Part shown: positions 58,486 to 64,000 of the stretch, in pieces
Layout: each line of letters begins with the position of its first letter
Numbering within the stretch: the first letter of the stretch is position 1
NCBI GenBank assembly: GCA_963765495.1
Contig: CAVXWP010000002.1
Span: 128,001 to 192,000, forward strand
Length of the DNA: 64,000 nt
Direction: 5' to 3'
Source of the DNA: Blastocatellia bacterium
GTDB lineage: Bacteria > Acidobacteriota > Blastocatellia > UBA7656
Position numbers and translations under genes: made by a program
Notes under the pieces: generated by a model
Databases searched by the model: none
Told to the model about the DNA's origin: nothing
Seen by the model: the letters and a program-made list of their open reading frames with translations, nothing else

Positions 58486-59733
58486 ATGAAGATCACCGAC
58501 GTGAGGGCTACGACCGTAACCGTACCGCTTGAAGCGCCGCTCAGGCACGCAAACGGCTGTCACTGGGGCCGGTTTGTGCGTACGGTGGTTGAGGTCGAAA
58601 CCGATGAAGGGTTGATAGGGCTGGGCGAGATGGGCGGCGGCGGCGAATCGGCCGAAGCCGCCTTCCGGGCTATAAAATCCTACATCGTAGGTCATGACCC
58701 TTCGCGTCTGGAACAACTGCGGTTCCTCATCGCAAACCCGACGGCCTCGCTCTATAATAACCGCACTCAGATTCTTGCCGCGCTTGAATTCGCCTGTCTC
58801 GATCTGCTTGGACAAAGATGGAATGCGCCTGTCTGTGACATCCTGGGCGGACGATTGCAGGACCGCGTTCCATTTGCCTCATACCTCTTTTTCCGCTATC
58901 CGAATCCTTCGGACGGCACAGGAGAGGTAAGAACCGTCGAACAGTTGGTCGCGCATGCGCGCGAACTGAAACAGCGATACGGATTCACATCGCACAAGAT
59001 GAAAGGCGGTGTCTTCCGGCCTGAATACGAGTTGGAATGTTATCGCGCTCTTGCCTCGGAGCTTGACGGTGATCATTTCCGCTTCGACCCGAACGGCGTC
59101 TGGTCTGCCGAGACGGCAATCTGGTTCGGTCAGCAGATCGAAGACATCCGCAACGACTATCTGGAAGACCCGGTATTTGGAATGGCTGGAATGCGCCGCG
59201 TTCGCGAGAAGGTGCGTATGCCTCTGGCCACGAATACTATTGTCGTCAACTTCGAGCAACTGGCTTCGAACGCGCTCAATATCGCCTCTGACGTCATCCT
59301 GCTCGACACTACTTTCTGGGGCGGAATTCGAGCATGTGTGAAGGCGGCGGCCGTGTGCGAAGCGTTTCAACTCGGAGTAGCCGTTCACTCATCCGGGGAG
59401 TTGGGAATCCAGCTTGCGACTATGCTGCATCTTGGAGCCGTAATTCCTAATCTGAGCTTTGCCGCCGACGCGCATTATCATCATCTTTCGGATGACATAA
59501 TCGAAGGCGGTAAATTCAAATACGAAGGCGGGGCCATACGGGTGCCGGAAGGGTCAGGGCTTGGAGTAAAGCTCGACCGAGAAAAGGTCGGAAAATATGC
59601 CGAGCTTTACAAACGCCTCGGCGGATACCCCTACGATCAGGACCCGCTCAGACCGGGCTGGACGCCCACTATTCCAAACAACCGATGGGCCGACCCTGCG
59701 GATTCGCGGCGGCCTGCGAACATTCCTTTTTAA
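58486..59733 (+). CDS. Enolase superfamily acid-sugar dehydratase (glucarate dehydratase-like)
   Basis: HKMKGGV (KxK), [30 protein letters not shown]. Confidence 0.88.
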   Translation: MKITDVRATTVTVPLEAPLRHANGCHWGRFVRTVVEVETDEGLIGLGEMGGGGESAEAAFRAIKSYIVGHDPSRLEQLRFLIANPTASLYNNRTQILAALEFACLDLLGQRWNAPVCDILGGRLQDRVPFASYLFFRYPNPSDGTGEVRTVEQLVAHARELKQRYGFTSHKMKGGVFRPEYELECYRALASELDGDHFRFDPNGVWSAETAIWFGQQIEDIRNDYLEDPVFGMAGMRRVREKVRMPLATNTIVVNFEQLASNALNIASDVILLDTTFWGGIRACVKAAAVCEAFQLGVAVHSSGELGIQLATMLHLGAVIPNLSFAADAHYHHLSDDIIEGGKFKYEGGAIRVPEGSGLGVKLDREKVGKYAELYKRLGGYPYDQDPLRPGWTPTIPNNRWADPADSRRPANIPF

Positions 59734-59996
59734 CCTCCATCAACGCAAAATCTAAAAACTGCCTCTCTGCTTCAATTTCAAAGGTTTCTATTCAGTTTAG
59801 CGTCTATTGATAATAAGGGGATTTTCCACTTCTCCTTTTATCCTTCGAGATGAGAGAGGCTGTCTATGGGCAAATGCCTTCGGGCGAAATCCTAAACATT
59901 ATAAAAGCGGGGAGTCCCGGACGGTGTAACAGAAATCTCCGTTCGCACATTATTAGTCAGGACAAGTTTACAGTTGCAAATAATCAGGAGGATCAA

Positions 59997-62330
59997 ATGG
60001 CTAAAGGCAAAAACAAGAAAGAAGGGGCCGAAACGAAAAAGAGACCAAAGCGCGCCAGGCGCGCAAGCAGGGTGTCGGACGAACAGGTAGAGGTCAAAGA
60101 GATATCGTCTGTAAAGGCACCGGCAGATGAAGACCTGATTACGACAGGCCCGCGCAAGAAGCGGGTTCCGGGCGTCCCCGAGCCCAGGCTCTCGCATCAC
60201 AAGGCGCGAAGCGCATGGTTTCAATCGCGTACAACGTGGCCTGTGCGTGAAGCGCCTGTCCGTACATTGATTAACCAGCGGACGCGGGTCGCAAAGGCTC
60301 TCGCCACACCCGCAACAATCGAGCCGAGATGGGAGTGCGTTGGCCCGGTCAACATCGGCGGTAGAATGACCTCTATCGTCTGCCATCCTACTCATCCTGA
60401 GCGCATCTGGGCCGGGGCTGCCGGGGGCGGGGTCTGGCAAAGCAATGATGCCGGGGCGACGTGGCGACCCCTCTGGAACGATCAGGATATTCTGAATATA
60501 GGCTCTCTGGCGATTGACTCAAAGAACCCGGATATTATCTATTGCGGCACAGGCGAGGCCAACCTTTCGCTAGATTCCTATCCCGGCGTGGGGCTTTACA
60601 GGAGTTCGGATGCGGGCCAAACCTGGCAACTGCTCGCCTCGACGGAAAGGACTGGACTGCCGAGACATATTGGCGCGATAGCGATAGACCCTTTCGACTC
60701 GACACACCTGCTGGTCGGGGGAATTGGTTACGCCGAAGTCTCTCAGACGGGAAATGATTTTGGCGGAATTTTCGTTTCGCTCGATGCAGGAGTGACCTGG
60801 ACGCGGCAGACTTTTATCTCAGAGAAAAATTACTGGTGCCACTCGATTCTTTTCCACCCGACGAAGCGAGGGACTATCTTTGCAACCTTTACCGAGCAGG
60901 GGGCAAAAAACGGCATCTGGCGAACAACGGACGGCGGCAAGAACTGGGAACATCTGACAAAAGGCTTGCCCGAAGCAGCGCGCTTCGGAAGAACGAGTCT
61001 CGCCCTCAGTCACTCAAACCCAAGCGTGCTTTACGCCTTTGCAAAAGACGAAGCCTCAGGCAACAGCGACCTGCTGCTTGGAGTCTTTCGCACTGCGAAT
61101 GGCGGCAACACCTGGCGAAGCATCGGCGGGGATCATTTCGCAGAAGAGGGGCAAATTTCCTACGGCAACACGATTGCAGTACACCCTGCGAAGCCAAATT
61201 TCGTGATCTGCGCGGGAGTCGATCTACACCGGACCAGGGACGGCGGCAGAACCTGGGAACAGGTAACACATTGGGATGCTGATCGCGGCACCGCGCAATA
61301 CGCGCACGCCGATCACCATGCGCTGCTGATGCCCGCAGCCGTGCCGGGTCGTATCTATGACCCCAATGACGGGGGGTTGGATTTGAGCGATGATGGTGGC
61401 GACACCTGGACTAATCGCAGCAACGGGCTTGCCGTGACGATGTTTTACGATCTGGACATCGCGCAGAGCAACGGCCTGGTCTTTGGCGGCGGGGCGCAGG
61501 ATAACGGGACCGTCATCACTACCGACGGGACAAGCAGCACCTTCTTCGAACTGCTTGGCGGCGACGGCGGATGGATAGTCTTCGATCCGAAAAACGCGGG
61601 ACACGTTTACGCCTCATACTACAACCTGCACATCTTCCGTTTTCGCGCCGGGACGTTTGCCGATGTCTCGCCTCCGGCATCCAAATCCGAGCAAGGCAGC
61701 GTCTGGATGGCTTTCATCACGATGGACCCGACAAATGCCAACACGGTCTTCACGGGCTCCGTTCGAGTGTGGAGGACAAAAAATGACGGCACCAACTGGA
61801 CTCCCGTATCGCCTGTTCTGGATGGAAGCCCGATAACGGCCATCGAGGTAGCCGCAGCCAACCCGAAACGGGTCTATGTCGGCACAGAAAACGGAGGCTT
61901 CTTCCGCAGTCTGACCGGGGGCGATGCGTGGAGCCCAAATCTATCAGGGTCCACGCTGCCGGGCCACACCATCACCCGGCTTATTACTCATCCGAAGGAT
62001 GCGAATCTGTTGTATGCAACCGTCGCAAACTTCGGTCATCCACACGTATTTCGTTCGCAGAACGGGGGAATCACCTGGGAGGATATTGATAAGGGTCAAC
62101 TTCCCGACGTTCCGCATCACGTTGCCTTGATCAGACCGGATGAATTGAACAAGGTTTACGTAGGCAATGACGCGGGCGTTTTTGTACTGGATACTCAGAA
62201 GGGACTGTGGATGAATTTGACGAAAAATTTGCCAAACGCTATGGTCATCGACCTGGTTTATCACATCAAGGACGGGACGCTCAGCGCAGCTACTTATGGC
62301 CGTAGCATCTGGCGTATCCGCCTAAAATAA
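59997..62330 (+). CDS. BNR/Asp-box (VPS10/GH74-like) beta-propeller protein without signal peptide
   Basis: AGGAGG RBS; GP.NIGGR; many S.D.G.TW Asp-boxes; HADHH, GGAQDNG, GGDGG, ATYGRSIW; basic N-terminal extension. Confidence 0.9.
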   Translation: MAKGKNKKEGAETKKRPKRARRASRVSDEQVEVKEISSVKAPADEDLITTGPRKKRVPGVPEPRLSHHKARSAWFQSRTTWPVREAPVRTLINQRTRVAKALATPATIEPRWECVGPVNIGGRMTSIVCHPTHPERIWAGAAGGGVWQSNDAGATWRPLWNDQDILNIGSLAIDSKNPDIIYCGTGEANLSLDSYPGVGLYRSSDAGQTWQLLASTERTGLPRHIGAIAIDPFDSTHLLVGGIGYAEVSQTGNDFGGIFVSLDAGVTWTRQTFISEKNYWCHSILFHPTKRGTIFATFTEQGAKNGIWRTTDGGKNWEHLTKGLPEAARFGRTSLALSHSNPSVLYAFAKDEASGNSDLLLGVFRTANGGNTWRSIGGDHFAEEGQISYGNTIAVHPAKPNFVICAGVDLHRTRDGGRTWEQVTHWDADRGTAQYAHADHHALLMPAAVPGRIYDPNDGGLDLSDDGGDTWTNRSNGLAVTMFYDLDIAQSNGLVFGGGAQDNGTVITTDGTSSTFFELLGGDGGWIVFDPKNAGHVYASYYNLHIFRFRAGTFADVSPPASKSEQGSVWMAFITMDPTNANTVFTGSVRVWRTKNDGTNWTPVSPVLDGSPITAIEVAAANPKRVYVGTENGGFFRSLTGGDAWSPNLSGSTLPGHTITRLITHPKDANLLYATVANFGHPHVFRSQNGGITWEDIDKGQLPDVPHHVALIRPDELNKVYVGNDAGVFVLDTQKGLWMNLTKNLPNAMVIDLVYHIKDGTLSAATYGRSIWRIRLK

Positions 62331-62348
62331 GATCGGGGCGAAAAGGAG

Positions 62349-62549
62349 TCACTCGCTCTTGCCAGTGCGTTTCTTAAACCATTGCTCACGCCGACGGAGA
62401 TTGCCCGAACCTTCTCCGATCTTTTGATCATAGGGTTTTATGCAAACTTCGTCGGCGTGAGCAGAAGCCTCTCTGGCTTCCTCTTCCCGCTTGCTTGCAG
62501 CGGGCTCGTCTTTGGTCCTCGACTCATTCTTCTTTGCATCGTCTTTCAT
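62349..62549 (-). CDS. Small (66 aa) charged protein
   Basis: ATG 62549 is preceded by TG-C-TATAGT 9 nt upstream; C-terminal NLRRREQWFKKRTG. Confidence 0.6.
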   Translation of the reverse strand: MKDDAKKNESRTKDEPAASKREEEAREASAHADEVCIKPYDQKIGEGSGNLRRREQWFKKRTGKSE

Positions 62550-62719
62550 AATAGAAAAACTATAGCAATCGGCGAGCCTTATTGTATAGCATCGTCGAGT
62601 CGCCTTTTCAGATGTCACAGGGCCATTCAGTTGTTGATCCGCGAAACATCCGGCGTCAGACATATTCAAATCAATAGCCTTGCAAGCTAATTGGCGAATC
62701 ATTCTGATCGGCCTGGGGG

Positions 62720-63067
62720 GTGATTCTGTTGGGCGGCTGGGTCGTCGGGTCATTCATAATGGGGATATACCTTTTGATATCCTTAAACTGGTTTAGCCGC
62801 CATTCAAACGAGGCATTCTCTTCGCTTGCGATTGAAGACTACAAGAGCTTTCTCAGGATGCGGATCACGCCGGACGGAGAGCTTACGATCTTCCCGATAG
62901 GCATATCCAAAGTCGCCCGAGAGTGGAGGGGCTGCGGAGAAAATAAGAAAGGATCAAAGATTGTCCCCGCCGATCCCAGACACACCCCGTCCCACCTCAT
63001 CGAAGAACCTTTTCCGTGCAAATCGCTGGCAAATGAACAGGTGGTTTCCGTCTCCGCAAAGAGTTGA
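62720..63067 (+). pseudogene. C-terminal remnant of a membrane metallophosphoesterase-like protein
   Basis: H.NEAFSSL.IEDYKSFLRMRI..DG.LTIFPIG..KV...W resembles the C-terminus of a much longer family; no N-terminal part or RBS. Confidence 0.6.
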
Positions 63068-63084
63068 GATGCGAGACCTGAGAA

Positions 63085-63999
63085 TTAAAAAGATTTAAAG
63101 GCTGCCGGATTGTTGGTTTGACGGGTCAACTCGTCGAACCTGGGATTTGAGCGAAGCGGGTCAAGCTGCGGGTCTACGGCGAACCACATGACCCAGCCAT
63201 CACGGATGGCGAGGGCTTGTTCCATAAAGTCGAGGGCCTGCTCCTGATCGCCGAGATGGATGTGAATCAGCGCGAGCATGTAGGGTGAAACATAGATCGA
63301 CTGAGACATCTCAAGCAATTGCCGGATGGTTTTGCGCGCCTCCTGTTCGCGTCCCGCTTCGGCATAAGCTGCGCCAAGCCCGGTCAGATAAAGGGGCGTT
63401 CCGCCTGATAACTTGACCGCCTTTTTAGCCTGTTCGATGGCCTCCTCGTGTCTTCCGATTCGTCTGAGCGACCAGCTATACATCAGCCGCCCGTAGGGAA
63501 AACGCGGGTCGGCTTCCACTACCTTTCGATTGACGGCCAGAGCCTCATCGAAACGGCGCGACTGGTAATGACACCACCCAAGAGCGACTGTGACAAGCGG
63601 CGAGACGGGATCGAGTTCGACTGCATAAGTCACTTCTCTGAGCGCCTCGTCAAAACGCGCGCTACTCAACAGGATGAAGCTGTACCAATCGTGAGCCGTG
63701 GCGCTGTGCGAGTTGAGTTCGAGGGAGCGGAGAATCGATTTTTCAGCCGTGGGCCAGTCAAGGTCGTGGCAGTGGATCGCAAATCCTAATGCTGCATGGG
63801 CTTCGGCGAGCGTGGGATCGAGTTCGAGGGCACGCATCGCCGCTTCTATTGCCGCCGCCGAGCTTTCGGCAAACGGCATCACGCCGTAGACGCCAAGGAA
63901 GATGTAATAATCGGCGATGCCCGCGTATGCGAGGGCATAGTGAGGGTCGAGCGCGATGGCGCGGTAATAATCCTGAAGGGCCTTGGCGAAACCCTCTTC
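63085..63999 (-). CDS. TPR-repeat C-terminus of a larger signalling protein (partial, runs off the window)
   Basis: Frame open to the window end (EEGFAKAL..AIALDPHYALAYAG); ALELDP.LAEAH; VDPQLDPLRSNPRF. Confidence 0.9.
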   Translation of the reverse strand, partial: EEGFAKALQDYYRAIALDPHYALAYAGIADYYIFLGVYGVMPFAESSAAAIEAAMRALELDPTLAEAHAALGFAIHCHDLDWPTAEKSILRSLELNSHSATAHDWYSFILLSSARFDEALREVTYAVELDPVSPLVTVALGWCHYQSRRFDEALAVNRKVVEADPRFPYGRLMYSWSLRRIGRHEEAIEQAKKAVKLSGGTPLYLTGLGAAYAEAGREQEARKTIRQLLEMSQSIYVSPYMLALIHIHLGDQEQALDFMEQALAIRDGWVMWFAVDPQLDPLRSNPRFDELTRQTNNPAAFKSF

Positions 64000-64000
64000 G

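Overview
Bacterial genomic DNA that looks like Acidobacteriota, probably Blastocatellia-like. This is inferred from an acidobacterial duplicated-orphan ABC permease, a VWFA-related acidobacterial protein, an ECF-sigma/TPR-CHAT locus and the intergenic repeat style. Main contents: (1) a form I aerobic CO dehydrogenase cluster (coxMSL with AYRCSFR) with unusual accessory genes: an XdhC-YHS fusion, MocA, an inserted Sfp-type PPTase, coxDEF, a SufU-like protein and a convergent coxG. (2) A three-gene ECF sigma / membrane-anchored TPR-CHAT caspase-like protease / unknown partner module. (3) A DUF3179-family selenoprotein that the ORF track splits in two (in-frame UGA in U-x-x-C, followed by a SECIS-like hairpin). 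(4) A cytochrome P460-multiheme fusion, a HipA-like kinase/DUF3037 pair, a PRMT-like methyltransferase, aguAB and DDAH. (5) Several gene remnants, one with a 26-bp templated patch at a deletion junction. (6) A family of intergenic palindromic 7-9-mer repeat elements. A ~1.1 kb A-rich stretch (about 37.6-38.7 kb) and the disrupted VWA gene suggest local sequencing error. No rRNA, tRNA, CRISPR array or transposase was recognised. All family calls come from motif recognition by eye; no database search was run.
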